Below, in pieces: positions 1 to 10,347 of a stretch of 64,000 nt of DNA; within the stretch, counting starts at the first letter, position 1, and every line of letters begins with the position of its first letter. This stretch comes from a virus. Position numbers and translations under genes: made by a program. The notes beneath the pieces were generated by a model. The model saw nothing but the letters and a program-made list of their open reading frames with translations, was not told where the DNA came from and searched no databases. The stretch lies in IMG/VR virus record IMGVR_UViG_3300032242_001844; one strand, given 5' to 3'.

Positions 1-222
1 TTATTAGATGATATACATTTGAGTTATCAATCGTTGAGTAATGCTGGCGCAGTTGAAATACAAAATATCAGTGTAAATGGCAATCAAATATTGCCTAAAT
101 ATTTACATTTAGCAAGTCCGCCCACCAACTGGATTGAAAAAATCAACCATTGGGACTTTTCAATACCTTCTCCATTTTACAAATGGCATCAAGTTATTAC
201 TGGACAAGGAGACGCCTTTTGA
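1..222 (+). CDS. 3' end of a hypothetical protein (truncated by window edge)
   Basis: Frame open from the window start to TGA at 220-222; no recognisable motif. Confidence 0.5.
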   Translation, partial: LLDDIHLSYQSLSNAGAVEIQNISVNGNQILPKYLHLASPPTNWIEKINHWDFSIPSPFYKWHQVITGQGDAF

Positions 223-950
223 ATAAGCCGTTGCTCACTGACATAGAAGCATACCCTCAGTATCCATGGGCACGATGGGTTTACAATAAGCTATTATTAT
301 CACAGGCACTTGGTTATGAGTGTGCGCCACATGGCATCCTTCCTAAAAAATATCCTGTATTTTCTAAACCTATAATAAATTTAGAAGGTATGGCGATTGG
401 AAGTTGTGTATGGGATAGTGCAGATGATGTTGAATACATACCAGGTCATTTTTGGATGCCATACTTTACTGGCGAACATTGTTCATATGATATTCAGCTT
501 AAAGGCGGCAAAGTAGTATATTGTAAAAAAGCTATCGCACGATTAAGCAACGACCATAAAGTAATTGAACACTGGCTTATTGTAAATGGCGATTTAGAAG
601 AAGCAGAGTTGCTGTGGAAAAATTTGTTGCCAGAGTTTAGTGGACATGTAAACTTTGAAACAATGGGCGGCAACATATTTGAAGTTCACCTGCGATGGGC
701 AGCAGAATGGTATGATTGGTATGATAATGGAATGTTATTGTTTTATAGTGTACCAGTATGGTGGGAAACACTGCCACAATCATTTGATATTGACATAAGC
801 CATCCAGAAACAGTATTAATTAAAGATGTTAGTGGCGATATTACTAATAATAGCCTACAGTATAAGCGCAGTCACATAATATTAAGTGAGTCATTGACAA
901 TGGCGCGACGCGCCCGTGATGAAATTATTTCTGCGAATACGAAAAAATAA
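219..950 (+). CDS. Conserved phage hypothetical protein, possibly ATP-grasp-like
   Basis: ORF track 150..950; AAGGAG at 206-211 favours TTG start at 219; KPIINLEGM, GEHCSYD and NIFEVHLR resemble ATP-grasp motifs. Confidence 0.5.
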   Translation: MNKPLLTDIEAYPQYPWARWVYNKLLLSQALGYECAPHGILPKKYPVFSKPIINLEGMAIGSCVWDSADDVEYIPGHFWMPYFTGEHCSYDIQLKGGKVVYCKKAIARLSNDHKVIEHWLIVNGDLEEAELLWKNLLPEFSGHVNFETMGGNIFEVHLRWAAEWYDWYDNGMLLFYSVPVWWETLPQSFDIDISHPETVLIKDVSGDITNNSLQYKRSHIILSESLTMARRARDEIISANTKK

Positions 951-951
951 A

Positions 952-982
952 TTGACAATACTTTTCATTCGATGTATAAATA
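952..982 (+). promoter_or_regulatory. sigma70-like promoter with overlapping T4-type late motif TATAAATA, upstream of ssb
   Basis: TTGACA 952-957, 17-nt spacer, TATAAA 975-980; TATAAATA 975-982. Confidence 0.7.
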
Positions 983-1044
983 GATATATGCAGTGGAAAT
1001 AACTCCATTGTATTTGGCACATATGGCAAAAAGGAAAATACATT

Positions 1045-2049
1045 ATGGCTTCATTGGCAGAAATCCGTGCGAAACTCGCACAGCAAGAAACCCGCAATAG
1101 CGGAAGTAACGGCGGCGGTCGTGATAACGCAGTTTACCCTCATTGGAATATCCCAGAAAATTCAACAGCGCGTATTAGGTTCTTGCCTGATAGCGATGAA
1201 AAAAATGATTTCTTCTGGGTTGAACGAGCAATGATTCGCTTGCCTTTCGCAGGTGTTAAGGGTCAGATGAACAGCAAACCTGTTGTTGTTCAAGTACCTT
1301 GCGTAGAAATGTGGGATGAGACATGCCCAGTTCTTACTGAGGTTCGCACATGGTTCAAGGACAAGAGCCTTGAAGATATGGGCCGTAAGTATTGGAAGAA
1401 GCGTTCTTATATCTTCCAAGGTATCGTTCGTGATAACCCACTGGTTGAAGAGAACACTCCAGAGAATCCAATTCGTCGGTTTGTTATTAGCCCCAGCATT
1501 TATCCATTGATCATTGCTGCATTGAAAGACCCAGACATTGATGAACTGCCAACAGACTATATTCGTGGTCTGGATTTCAGCATCACTAAAACGAGCAAGG
1601 GTCAGTATGCAGACTATGCTACCAGCAAGTGGGCGCGTAAGGAGTCTGGGTTGTCTCAGACAGAGTTGGCTGCGATTGAATCTTTTGGTCTTCATGACCT
1701 TAAGAGTTTCCTTCCAAAGAAGCCTGGACCTGATGAACTTAAGATCATCAAGGAGATGTTTGAGGCATCCGTAGACGGCGCTACATATGATGAAAATCGT
1801 TGGGGTCAGTACTACAAGCCTACTGGTGCATCTACTAACCCAGACGCAGCAGACGATCTTCCTGCTGTTCCAGCCGCACGACCAACTGTAGCTTACAGTC
1901 GTCCTGCAGTAGTTCAAGAGGATGTTCCTTTTGATACAGATGACACGCCTGTGGCATCTGCGCCAGTATCTACCGCCCCAAAGGGCGATAGCAATGCTCG
2001 TGCTGCTGAAATTCTCAGCATGATTCGCAATCGCAAGACTGCAGAATAA
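1045..2049 (+). CDS. Single-stranded DNA-binding protein (T4 gp32-like)
   Basis: RIRFLP, CVEMW..CPV, YWKKRSY, D..RGLDF.ITK...QYADY.TS motifs; acidic/Pro-rich tail; first gene of the ssb-uvsX-uvsY block. Confidence 0.9.
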   Translation: MASLAEIRAKLAQQETRNSGSNGGGRDNAVYPHWNIPENSTARIRFLPDSDEKNDFFWVERAMIRLPFAGVKGQMNSKPVVVQVPCVEMWDETCPVLTEVRTWFKDKSLEDMGRKYWKKRSYIFQGIVRDNPLVEENTPENPIRRFVISPSIYPLIIAALKDPDIDELPTDYIRGLDFSITKTSKGQYADYATSKWARKESGLSQTELAAIESFGLHDLKSFLPKKPGPDELKIIKEMFEASVDGATYDENRWGQYYKPTGASTNPDAADDLPAVPAARPTVAYSRPAVVQEDVPFDTDDTPVASAPVSTAPKGDSNARAAEILSMIRNRKTAE

Positions 2050-2060
2050 TAGCACATTAA

Positions 2061-2101
2061 GGGACAGGATTATTGACAATCCTGTCCCATTTTTATATAA
2101 T
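2061..2101 (+). terminator. Intrinsic terminator after ssb with embedded sigma70 promoter for uvsX
   Basis: GGGACAGGATT/AATCCTGTCCC 11-bp stem then T-run; TTGACA 2073-2078, 17 nt, TATAAT 2096-2101. Confidence 0.75.
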
Positions 2102-2129
2102 AATTGAATAATTTAACAAAGGCACAATC

Positions 2130-3179
2130 ATGGCTAAACCATTTGACATATCAAAATTTCGTAAAGACCTGACAAAAGCAATTCCAGGCATGAGTGTTGG
2201 ATATAATGATCCAACTGACTGGGTTTCTACAGGCAATTATACTCTCAATTATCGCATCAGTGGCGATTTTAATAAAGGCATTCCACTTGGTAAAGTAACC
2301 GTGTTTGCTGGAGAAAGTGGTGCTGGCAAGAGTTATATTTGCAGTGGAAATATTGTCAAGAACGCGCAAGATCAGGGCATTTATGTAATTCTAATTGATA
2401 CCGAAAATGCGCTTGATGAAGATTGGCTAAAAGCACTTGGCGTTAAGACTGATGAAGATCATCTTCTTAAACTTAATATGGCAATGATTGATGATGTTGC
2501 CAAGACTATCACTAACTTTATGGACCACTATAAGGCAATGTCTGAAGAAGCGCGTCCAAAGGTTCTATTTGTAATTGATTCTCTTGGTATGTTACTTACT
2601 CCAACCGATGTTAATCAGTTTGAATCAGGTGATTTGAAAGGTGACATGGGCCGTAAGCCAAAGGCATTGACTGCGCTAGTTCGTAACTGTGTTAATATGT
2701 TTGGTTCTTATAACATTGGCATGGTTGCAACTAATCATACCTATGCGTCACAGGACATGTTTGATCCAGATGATAAAATTTCTGGCGGACAGGGGTTTGT
2801 ATATGCTTCTTCTATTGTAGTTGCTATGCGCAAACTAAAATTGAAAGAAGATGAAGATGGCAACAAAACATCAGAAGTAAATGGTATTCGTGCCGCATGT
2901 AAGGTAATGAAAACTCGTTATGCTAAACCATTTGAAAGTGTTCAAGTTAAGATTCCTTATACTACTGGCATGAGTCCTTATAGCGGTCTTATTGATATGT
3001 TTGAATCAGAAGGTATTCTTGTAAAAGCTGGCAATATGCTTCAATATACAAGTCCTGTAACTGGCGAAATTACAAAAGCATTTCGTAAAAATTGGACAGA
3101 TGAGCAATTGAATATAATTATGGAAGAGTATGGCAAGCATACTCCTATTACTAAAAAGGAAGAAATAGAGAATGAGTGA
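2130..3179 (+). CDS. uvsX: RecA-family recombinase (UvsX)
   Basis: Walker A GESGAGKS, DTENA, VIDSLG, TNHTY, SGGQG..YASS. Confidence 0.95.
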   Translation: MAKPFDISKFRKDLTKAIPGMSVGYNDPTDWVSTGNYTLNYRISGDFNKGIPLGKVTVFAGESGAGKSYICSGNIVKNAQDQGIYVILIDTENALDEDWLKALGVKTDEDHLLKLNMAMIDDVAKTITNFMDHYKAMSEEARPKVLFVIDSLGMLLTPTDVNQFESGDLKGDMGRKPKALTALVRNCVNMFGSYNIGMVATNHTYASQDMFDPDDKISGGQGFVYASSIVVAMRKLKLKEDEDGNKTSEVNGIRAACKVMKTRYAKPFESVQVKIPYTTGMSPYSGLIDMFESEGILVKAGNMLQYTSPVTGEITKAFRKNWTDEQLNIIMEEYGKHTPITKKEEIENE

Positions 3180-3393
3180 GAGTGGTGAACTTTTAACAAT
3201 TTTTTGGCAAACTATTAAAGAATATATTTCTGCCAAAGATCGACAAGTAGCTGCAGACCATGTTATCAATGAATTAGTTGATGCTGGAATTACTGACAAC
3301 GATTTACAACAACTAGCCGTTGATCGTATTATGCAAGCAGCTATCAGTGAACATCTTGATATAGAAGAATCTGACGAAGAAATTGAGGAATAA
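3172..3393 (+). CDS. Hypothetical acidic protein
   Basis: 73-aa ORF overlapping both neighbours. Confidence 0.7.
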   Translation: MSESGELLTIFWQTIKEYISAKDRQVAADHVINELVDAGITDNDLQQLAVDRIMQAAISEHLDIEESDEEIEE

Positions 3394-3845
3394 TGTGGTA
3401 TAGCAAAGTAGTTAGTAGCTTAGATAACATCCCAAATTTTATAAATTATTATGAATCTGAGTTAATCAACGCTGAAAAAGATATTGAAGTTAAAGGAAAT
3501 GTTGAAAAAAATTTAACTGCTTTGCCAGGCATTACTGCTTATCGTTATAATCAATTGCAAGAAATTGAAGCAATTTTAAACTATCTTAATTTGCAACTTA
3601 GGCAAATTCGTCGTAAACATTTTCAAAAATACCTAGAACACTATGCTCGTGCATTAACTTCACGAGATGCTGAAAAGTATGTTGATGGCGAACAAGAAGT
3701 AATTGACTTTGAAACTATTATCAATGAAGTTGCTCTGCTACGAAATCGTTGGTTAGGCATCATTAAATCCATTGAAAGTAAAAATTTTATGATGGGTCAT
3801 ATCGTTCGTCTTCGTACTGCAGGTATGGAAGATACAAATCTATAA
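3393..3845 (+). CDS. uvsY: Recombination mediator (UvsY-like)
   Basis: Helical 150-aa protein with RDAEKYVDGE motif, following uvsX. Confidence 0.75.
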   Translation: MWYSKVVSSLDNIPNFINYYESELINAEKDIEVKGNVEKNLTALPGITAYRYNQLQEIEAILNYLNLQLRQIRRKHFQKYLEHYARALTSRDAEKYVDGEQEVIDFETIINEVALLRNRWLGIIKSIESKNFMMGHIVRLRTAGMEDTNL

Positions 3846-3901
3846 TTAATTTAAATTGACAATGTAGTCAATAATATATACATTATATCAACGAGGTAAA
3901 A

Positions 3902-4924
3902 ATGAAGAAAGCACTTATTACTGGTATTGCTGGTCAAGATGGCAGCTACCTAGCAGAACTACTACTAAACAAAGGATATGAAGTTCACGGACTTATTCGT
4001 CGTAGTGCTAACTTTGACCATCCAAACATTGTTACTGTCAAAGATCATGTTAAGTTTCATAATGGTGACTTGAGTGATAGTAATAGCATCCGTAATCTTA
4101 TTGACAAGGTAGAACCAGACGAGATTTATAATCTTGCTGCACAAAGCCATGTCAAAGTGTCATTTGATATGCCAGAACTAACTGGTGATACAAATGCACT
4201 AGGTCCGCTGCGTATTCTTGACAGTATCCGCAGTCTCAAGCTAACAAATAAAACAAAGTTCTATCAGGCATCAACTAGTGAAATGTTTGGTATTCAGAAG
4301 TTTAATCCACAGAAGGAAGATACGCCATTCTATCCTGGTTCGCCGTACAGTGCAGCCAAATTGTATGCATATTGGATCACGGTAAACTATCGTGAAAGTT
4401 ATAAGATTTTCGGTTGCAACGGACTACTATTCAACCATGAGTCTCCTCGCCGTGGCGAACTATTTGTTACTCGTAAAATTACCAAAGCATTTGCCAACAT
4501 GGTATTAGGTAAGCAGAAGGTTCTAGAACTTGGCAATATGGATTCACTTCGTGATTGGGGTCATGCCAAGGATTATGTTCGCGCAATGTGGATGATGCTA
4601 CAACACGAAACACCAGATGATTATGTTGTTGCAACAGGTATTCAAAGCAGCATTCGTGATTTTTGTAACTCGACTGCTGCATACTTTGGTATCAAGTTGG
4701 TTTGGGAAGGCAGTGGAGTTGATGAAGTTGCTCGCAATGCTGTAACTGGTGATGTAATGATTAAGGTCAACCCAGAGTTCTATCGTCCAGTAGATGTTGT
4801 TAATATTCAAGGTGATGCAACTAAAGTTCGCGAAGTTCTTGGGTGGGAACCGCAATTTACACTTCAAGACCTTGTTAATGATATGTGCGAAACTGATTAT
4901 AATCTTGCAAAGGTTTATCCATGA
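3902..4924 (+). CDS. gmd: GDP-mannose 4,6-dehydratase
   Basis: GIAGQDGSYLA, YNLAAQSHV, FYQASTSE, YSAAK, FNHESPRRG, RDWGHAKDY. Confidence 0.97.
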   Translation: MKKALITGIAGQDGSYLAELLLNKGYEVHGLIRRSANFDHPNIVTVKDHVKFHNGDLSDSNSIRNLIDKVEPDEIYNLAAQSHVKVSFDMPELTGDTNALGPLRILDSIRSLKLTNKTKFYQASTSEMFGIQKFNPQKEDTPFYPGSPYSAAKLYAYWITVNYRESYKIFGCNGLLFNHESPRRGELFVTRKITKAFANMVLGKQKVLELGNMDSLRDWGHAKDYVRAMWMMLQHETPDDYVVATGIQSSIRDFCNSTAAYFGIKLVWEGSGVDEVARNAVTGDVMIKVNPEFYRPVDVVNIQGDATKVREVLGWEPQFTLQDLVNDMCETDYNLAKVYP

Positions 4925-5307
4925 GCATAATCCTTGCTCCAATTGGCGTTGGAGAATTGTACGACAAGATTACAATTCTCCAAATTAAATTGGCAGAGAT
5001 TAAAGATTTTGATAAACTATCGCATGTTCGTCGTGAGTTAAATGAACTTACTGCACTTACTGGTCAGTTTGAAGATATCAACTTGGCGCAAGAGATTACA
5101 GAATTGCTAGAAGTTAACAAGGTTATTTGGCGCAACGAAGACCTTGCAAGGACATATGGTCCTAGTGAAGACAAGAAACCATATGATATGGATTTTGTTC
5201 ACATTGCAAGTTCAACTTATGCAGCAAATACTCGTCGTGCACAAGTAAAACAAATTATCAATAAAAAGTGCAACAGCACAATCGTAGAAGCAAAAAGTTA
5301 CACATAA
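4921..5307 (+). CDS. DUF6165-like hypothetical protein
   Basis: GELYDKITILQIK ... N..R...K..IN....S.IVE.KSY pattern. Confidence 0.7.
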   Translation: MSIILAPIGVGELYDKITILQIKLAEIKDFDKLSHVRRELNELTALTGQFEDINLAQEITELLEVNKVIWRNEDLARTYGPSEDKKPYDMDFVHIASSTYAANTRRAQVKQIINKKCNSTIVEAKSYT

Positions 5308-5317
5308 GGAAGATTCA

Positions 5318-6538
5318 ATGAAAAAGATTTTAGAATTAGGTGATCACTATGTAAGTGATTTTATGAAACCAAACGCAGAAATGCGTGAAACAAAACCATG
5401 GAGTCTTGACCTTTATCTTGACGAGACTATCGGTGCAGTTCGTCTTGATGGTGTAGCACCACTTGATAAGATGTATGGACAGTATTGGTATCGTAGTGGT
5501 ATCAACACAAGTATGACGAAGCAATTAGGTGAAATTGTAAGCGAAATCACAAGCCGTGTTAAAATCAATGATGGCGATATCTGGCTAGATATCGCTTGTA
5601 ATGACGGCACACTGCTTCGTCAAGTTCCTGATAACATGATTAAGTTGGGCATTGATCCCGCTGATGATTCATATCTAGAAGAAAGCAGCAAGGTTGCAGA
5701 AGTCAAACAAGATTTCTTTAGTCGTGAAGCATATGATAGCCTTGGACACGGCGGCGAAAAGGCAAAGGTCATTACTTGTATTGCTATGTTCTATGACTTG
5801 AACGATCCTCGTCCATTCATCCGTGACGCTCATTCTATTCTTGCTGACGATGGCGTATTTGTTCTACAGATGAGTTATACTCCGCTTATGTTGAAGCAGT
5901 TGGCGTTTGATAACATCTGTCATGAGCATGTGTATTATTATGATCTTCGCAGTATTCGTAAATTGTTTGCGAGTGAAGGATTTGTGCTGCGTGATTGTTC
6001 ACTAAATGACACCAACGGTGGTTCATTCCGTGTTACTTTCCAGAAGGATACTAGCGACGAGAAGACTTTTGCTACACAACAGGTGCGTGATGTGTGCGGA
6101 TTCCGTATCTCTTCAACTCTTGCATATGAAACACAACAGTGGGATATCACTGATGAGAAACTTTGGAAAGAATTTGGTGATAATATATGGGATTTAAAGA
6201 TTCAAGTTCTTGAATTTTTGCATAAAGCTAAAGAAGAAGGCAAGAAAGTCTATGGATATGGTGCATCAACTAAGGGCAATACACTACTGCAATTATTTGA
6301 AATTACACCAGATTTGGTAACTGCTATTGCTGAACGCTCGCCATACAAGTTTGGTCTACAAACCGTTGGAACTAACATTCCAATCGTAAGTGAAGCAGAG
6401 ATGCGAGCAGCAAACCCTGATTATCTACTTGTTCTCCCATGGCACTTTATTGATGAGTTTGTCAAGCGTGAAAGTGATTTTATTGCCAAGGGTGGCAAGC
6501 TAGTTGTTCCATGTCCAACATTTCAGGTTATTGGATAA
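5318..6538 (+). CDS. NDP-sugar C-methyltransferase (SAM-dependent)
   Basis: DIACNDGTLL, FDNICHEH, NGGS, YGASTKGNTLL, PDYLLVLPWHF. Confidence 0.9.
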   Translation: MKKILELGDHYVSDFMKPNAEMRETKPWSLDLYLDETIGAVRLDGVAPLDKMYGQYWYRSGINTSMTKQLGEIVSEITSRVKINDGDIWLDIACNDGTLLRQVPDNMIKLGIDPADDSYLEESSKVAEVKQDFFSREAYDSLGHGGEKAKVITCIAMFYDLNDPRPFIRDAHSILADDGVFVLQMSYTPLMLKQLAFDNICHEHVYYYDLRSIRKLFASEGFVLRDCSLNDTNGGSFRVTFQKDTSDEKTFATQQVRDVCGFRISSTLAYETQQWDITDEKLWKEFGDNIWDLKIQVLEFLHKAKEEGKKVYGYGASTKGNTLLQLFEITPDLVTAIAERSPYKFGLQTVGTNIPIVSEAEMRAANPDYLLVLPWHFIDEFVKRESDFIAKGGKLVVPCPTFQVIG

Positions 6539-6541
6539 TCT

Positions 6542-7456
6542 ATGGAAAATATAGTATTCTTTAATCATTGGCATTATGGCGACCTATTCTCTACACGAGG
6601 ATGGGTTGCCGATATCAAGAGACAGATGCCACAATCAAACTTTTATTATGCACATAAGAAAAATCCTCGTGCAATTATTGACCTTGTAGAGACGCTAGAT
6701 GAAGAAAACAACCGCACGGTTCTTGATGGCATTAATCAGTGGAACCGCTTTGGCAGTGACGACGATACCATTCTTATTAATACATGGGTGGGGTCATATA
6801 TGGGATTATGGGCTAACACCCATCCTTCTTACATTAGCCATCACCGCATTGTGGGCGAGTGTTACAATAATCTTCGTCAGCAATTTGGCATCGACCTCAA
6901 ATTAAGTGATGATGTATGGGATTATGTTCCGCAGATCGATTATAGCGTTTACAATACGGCTGCAGTAGACAACTACGCAGGTTTTAACGGCAATGTATAT
7001 CTTTTCTGTAATAGTGCAGTTGCTAGTAAACAAAGCAGCATGGACAATATGCAAAAAGTTATTGAACATGTTGCTGCAAATCACAGTAGTGATACTTTTG
7101 TTGCCACTGAAAAGTTTGAAACTAAACTTGACAATATAGTATTCACCAGCGATATTTTTAATAATGAATGTGATTTATGTGATATATCTTATTTGTCAAC
7201 TAAAGTTAACTTGATTGTTGGCAAGAACAGTGGTCCATTCACTTATGCTAATACCAAGCAAAATCTTTTAGATATGAATAAAGTATTTGTAAACTTCAGT
7301 CATAAACCAGAAGATACACTGCCATATGGATTAGATATTAAAGCTGATTTTCGTAGTAGTACAACAACTTACGCAAGTCCAGCAGTAAAAATTATCGAAA
7401 CTGCTATCAACGATATCTATAATAACAAGCAGAGCAGCGGCTATAAAAATGCGTAA
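6542..7456 (+). CDS. Putative glycosyltransferase (GT-B-like)
   Basis: N-terminal HYGDLF and IVGKNSGP resemble GT9-like motifs; cluster context. Confidence 0.5.
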   Translation: MENIVFFNHWHYGDLFSTRGWVADIKRQMPQSNFYYAHKKNPRAIIDLVETLDEENNRTVLDGINQWNRFGSDDDTILINTWVGSYMGLWANTHPSYISHHRIVGECYNNLRQQFGIDLKLSDDVWDYVPQIDYSVYNTAAVDNYAGFNGNVYLFCNSAVASKQSSMDNMQKVIEHVAANHSSDTFVATEKFETKLDNIVFTSDIFNNECDLCDISYLSTKVNLIVGKNSGPFTYANTKQNLLDMNKVFVNFSHKPEDTLPYGLDIKADFRSSTTTYASPAVKIIETAINDIYNNKQSSGYKNA

Positions 7457-8375
7457 AATCGCAATTGTAATGAATAGTGAAACAAACTGTGGGATTCATA
7501 CCTATGGTTTGTTTTCTTTTAAGATTCTGCAACAAAGTAAGAAGTATAAATTTGAACTTGTTGAAGTAGATCATCAAAATGGATTTTTTAATTATTTTGA
7601 TGATGCTATTGTTGATGGTATCATATGGAATCATCATCCATCTACTATGCCATGGTTAAGCGATTATGTGCTGAGCAGAACTGGTATTCCGCAGTTTGTC
7701 ATTACTGGACACGATAATTATAATGTTTTTCCGCATGTAGACCATCATTTTGTGTGTGATCCTACATTTTCACCAACCGAGACGCATAGTCCAGTAGGTC
7801 GTCCACTTATATTCTATGATGATATTCAATACTCACCGCCTAGTGAAGTATTAAAGATTGGTTCATTTGGATTTGGTCAGCAAACTAAAAATTTTCCACG
7901 CATTGTTGAACTAGTCAATGCACAGTTTGATGAACCAGTTGAAGTAAACATTAATATTTCTTACGGCGCTTATGTTGACATGACAGGCGGTCTTGCTCAT
8001 AGTATTGCTAATCATTGTCGTGCTATTGCTAAACCCAATGTAACGGTTAATATCACACACGAGTTTATTCCAGATCGTTATAGCCTAGCAAAGTTCTTGA
8101 ATAATAATGATCTTAATATGTTTCTATATGCAACACAGCCTGGTCGTGGTATATCTAGCTGCGTAGACAGTGGGTTAACTGCAATGAAACCAATTCTATT
8201 AAGCGATAGTAACATGTATCGTCACATGAATTGGAAACAAGAATTATTGGCTGAAAAGAACAGTATAAAAGATACTATTGCTCGCGGACTAGAACCAACA
8301 GAAGAGTTTAGACAGCGATATAACAACGATAATTACATAAAAGACTTTGAAACAATATTGGATAGGTATCTATAA
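7449..8375 (+). CDS. Putative glycosyltransferase
   Basis: CGIHTYG, IGSFGFG..KN, GISSCVD.GL...KPI; paralogous to 9364-10347. Confidence 0.6.
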   Translation: MRKIAIVMNSETNCGIHTYGLFSFKILQQSKKYKFELVEVDHQNGFFNYFDDAIVDGIIWNHHPSTMPWLSDYVLSRTGIPQFVITGHDNYNVFPHVDHHFVCDPTFSPTETHSPVGRPLIFYDDIQYSPPSEVLKIGSFGFGQQTKNFPRIVELVNAQFDEPVEVNINISYGAYVDMTGGLAHSIANHCRAIAKPNVTVNITHEFIPDRYSLAKFLNNNDLNMFLYATQPGRGISSCVDSGLTAMKPILLSDSNMYRHMNWKQELLAEKNSIKDTIARGLEPTEEFRQRYNNDNYIKDFETILDRYL

Positions 8376-9367
8376 TGTACAAAATAGAAAAAGTAACCCA
8401 AAAGACCGCTGCCGTTATTGGTGCAGGTGGATTTATCGGTAGTCATATTGCTAAGCGATTAAAGACTGAAGGATATTGGGTGCGCGGCGTTGATTTAAAA
8501 GCACCTGAATTTGCATCAAGTGCGTGTGATGAGTTTTATATAGGCGACTGTCGTAATCCGCAAGTTGTAGATTTTATTATTGATCGTAAATTTGACCGTG
8601 TATTTCAGCTTGCTGCAGATATGGGTGGTATTGGGTATATTGGAAATGTTGACAATGATGCAGATGTCATGACCAACAGTGCTAAAATTAATCTCAATGT
8701 AGCAGATAGTGCTCGCCGTCAAGGTGTAGAACAAGTATTTTTCAGCAGCAGTGCATGTGTGTACAATGAATTTAACCAAGTAGACCCACAGAATCCAGAC
8801 TGTCGCGAAGATACCGTTTATCCTGCACATCCTGATACAGAATATGGTTGGGAAAAGCTGTTTAGTGAGCGTCTATATCTTTCTTATAATCGCCAGTATG
8901 GTATGCGTAACCGTATTGCTCGCTTCCATAACATCTTTGGTGAACATGGAACTTGGAGCGGTGGCAAAGAAAAAGCACCAGCAGCTATTTGCCGTAAAGT
9001 AGCAATGGCAAGCGAAGGCGGTGAGATTGAGATATGGGGCGATGGATTACAAACTCGTTCATTCTTGCATATTGATGATTGTGTTGAAGGCGTAATGCGC
9101 CTTATGGACAGTGACTTTAGTGGTCCAGTTAATATTGGTAGCGATCATCTTATTTCAATAAATGACCTTGTGTTAATGGTTAGTGGTATTGCAGATAAAA
9201 TAATTACTATTAAGCATATAGATGGTCCACAAGGCGTTCGTGGACGCAACAGCAACAATGATCTTATTAGGGAAAAACTAAATTGGGTGCCTACTCAAGA
9301 TTTGTATGCTGGCTTAACTAAAACATATAACTGGATTGCAGAACAAGTAAAGGCAGCGCAACAATGA
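8375..9367 (+). CDS. NAD-dependent sugar epimerase (GDP-mannose 3,5-epimerase-like)
   Basis: GAGGFIG, LAADMGG, SSSACVY, YGWEK, KEKAPAAICRK, GVRGRNS. Confidence 0.9.
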   Translation: MYKIEKVTQKTAAVIGAGGFIGSHIAKRLKTEGYWVRGVDLKAPEFASSACDEFYIGDCRNPQVVDFIIDRKFDRVFQLAADMGGIGYIGNVDNDADVMTNSAKINLNVADSARRQGVEQVFFSSSACVYNEFNQVDPQNPDCREDTVYPAHPDTEYGWEKLFSERLYLSYNRQYGMRNRIARFHNIFGEHGTWSGGKEKAPAAICRKVAMASEGGEIEIWGDGLQTRSFLHIDDCVEGVMRLMDSDFSGPVNIGSDHLISINDLVLMVSGIADKIITIKHIDGPQGVRGRNSNNDLIREKLNWVPTQDLYAGLTKTYNWIAEQVKAAQQ

Positions 9368-10347
9368 AATCTCGTGTACTATTTGTGACCCAAACACTTG
9401 GTCACAAAGCAGCTTGTGGAATAGGACTCATTGGTAAACTTATTGGTGAAACCCTTGAGCAACATCCAGATTATGATTTCAAAGTATTATACACTGACGA
9501 GTATGGCGATGAATTTGTTAGTGCAGTCAATGATTGGCAACCAGATTGTTTAATTTATAACTATGCGCCTGGCACTGCTGGATGGATGGATCAACCGCAA
9601 GTTCGCATGCAGATTCCTGTTCCACAAGTTAGAATTATGCATGATATGTATCAGCGTTTGGCAGACGAGTTTCATCCTGATAACCATGCTGGATGGCAGT
9701 ATTTGCTTGCAGACGATCCAAGCGTGGTAGGTAATGATCGCGTATTCATCACTAATCGTTTATTGCCACCGACAACCACGCATGTTTATACGGATGGTCC
9801 TAAACCTATTATTGGGTTTCAAGGATTTGGACCAGTTCACAAAGGAATTGCTAGACTTGCTCAAAAAGTTCAAGAAGAATTTGATGAAGCAATTTTTAGA
9901 CTACATATCCCATTTGGATATTACGAAGACCTTATTCATGGATATCAAGGCAGCAATGCGTATGCTCGCGTCGAAGAAGTTAAAAGTATTATTACTAAAC
10001 CAGGCATTGAGTTACAGTTTAGTCACGATTTAAAAGAAACGCATGATATTGTAGATTGGCTAGCACACAATACTATTAATTGTTATTTCTATGATTATCT
10101 AGATGGCTGTGGTATTGCAAGTTCACCAGATTATGCGCTAGCTGCTCGTCGTCCAATTGCGTTAACACGAAGTCACCAGTTCCGTAATTTCTGGAATATT
10201 GAACCAAGTATTTTCATTGAAGATAAGAGTATAAAAGAAATTATTGCGCAAGGCACTGCGCCATTGGAACCACTCTACACAGCATACAGCCGCGAGTCAG
10301 TGTGGGCAGATTATTCAAGAATGCTTGAAAGGTTAATTCCAAACTAA
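9364..10347 (+). CDS. Putative glycosyltransferase
   Basis: ACGIG, IGFQGFG..KG, GIASSPDYALAARRPI; paralogue of 7449-8375. Confidence 0.6.
   Translation: MKSRVLFVTQTLGHKAACGIGLIGKLIGETLEQHPDYDFKVLYTDEYGDEFVSAVNDWQPDCLIYNYAPGTAGWMDQPQVRMQIPVPQVRIMHDMYQRLADEFHPDNHAGWQYLLADDPSVVGNDRVFITNRLLPPTTTHVYTDGPKPIIGFQGFGPVHKGIARLAQKVQEEFDEAIFRLHIPFGYYEDLIHGYQGSNAYARVEEVKSIITKPGIELQFSHDLKETHDIVDWLAHNTINCYFYDYLDGCGIASSPDYALAARRPIALTRSHQFRNFWNIEPSIFIEDKSIKEIIAQGTAPLEPLYTAYSRESVWADYSRMLERLIPN

Noticed and set aside
1162-2079. 305-aa antisense ORF and the many other 60-170-aa overlapping track ORFs
   Set aside because: Shadows of well-supported genes caused by codon bias or Gly-rich repeats; no SD, promoter or motifs
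3855-3872. FNR/FixK box at TTGAC-AATGTA-GTCAA upstream of gmd
   Set aside because: Spacer is 6 nt rather than 4, and the left arm is simply the -35 element
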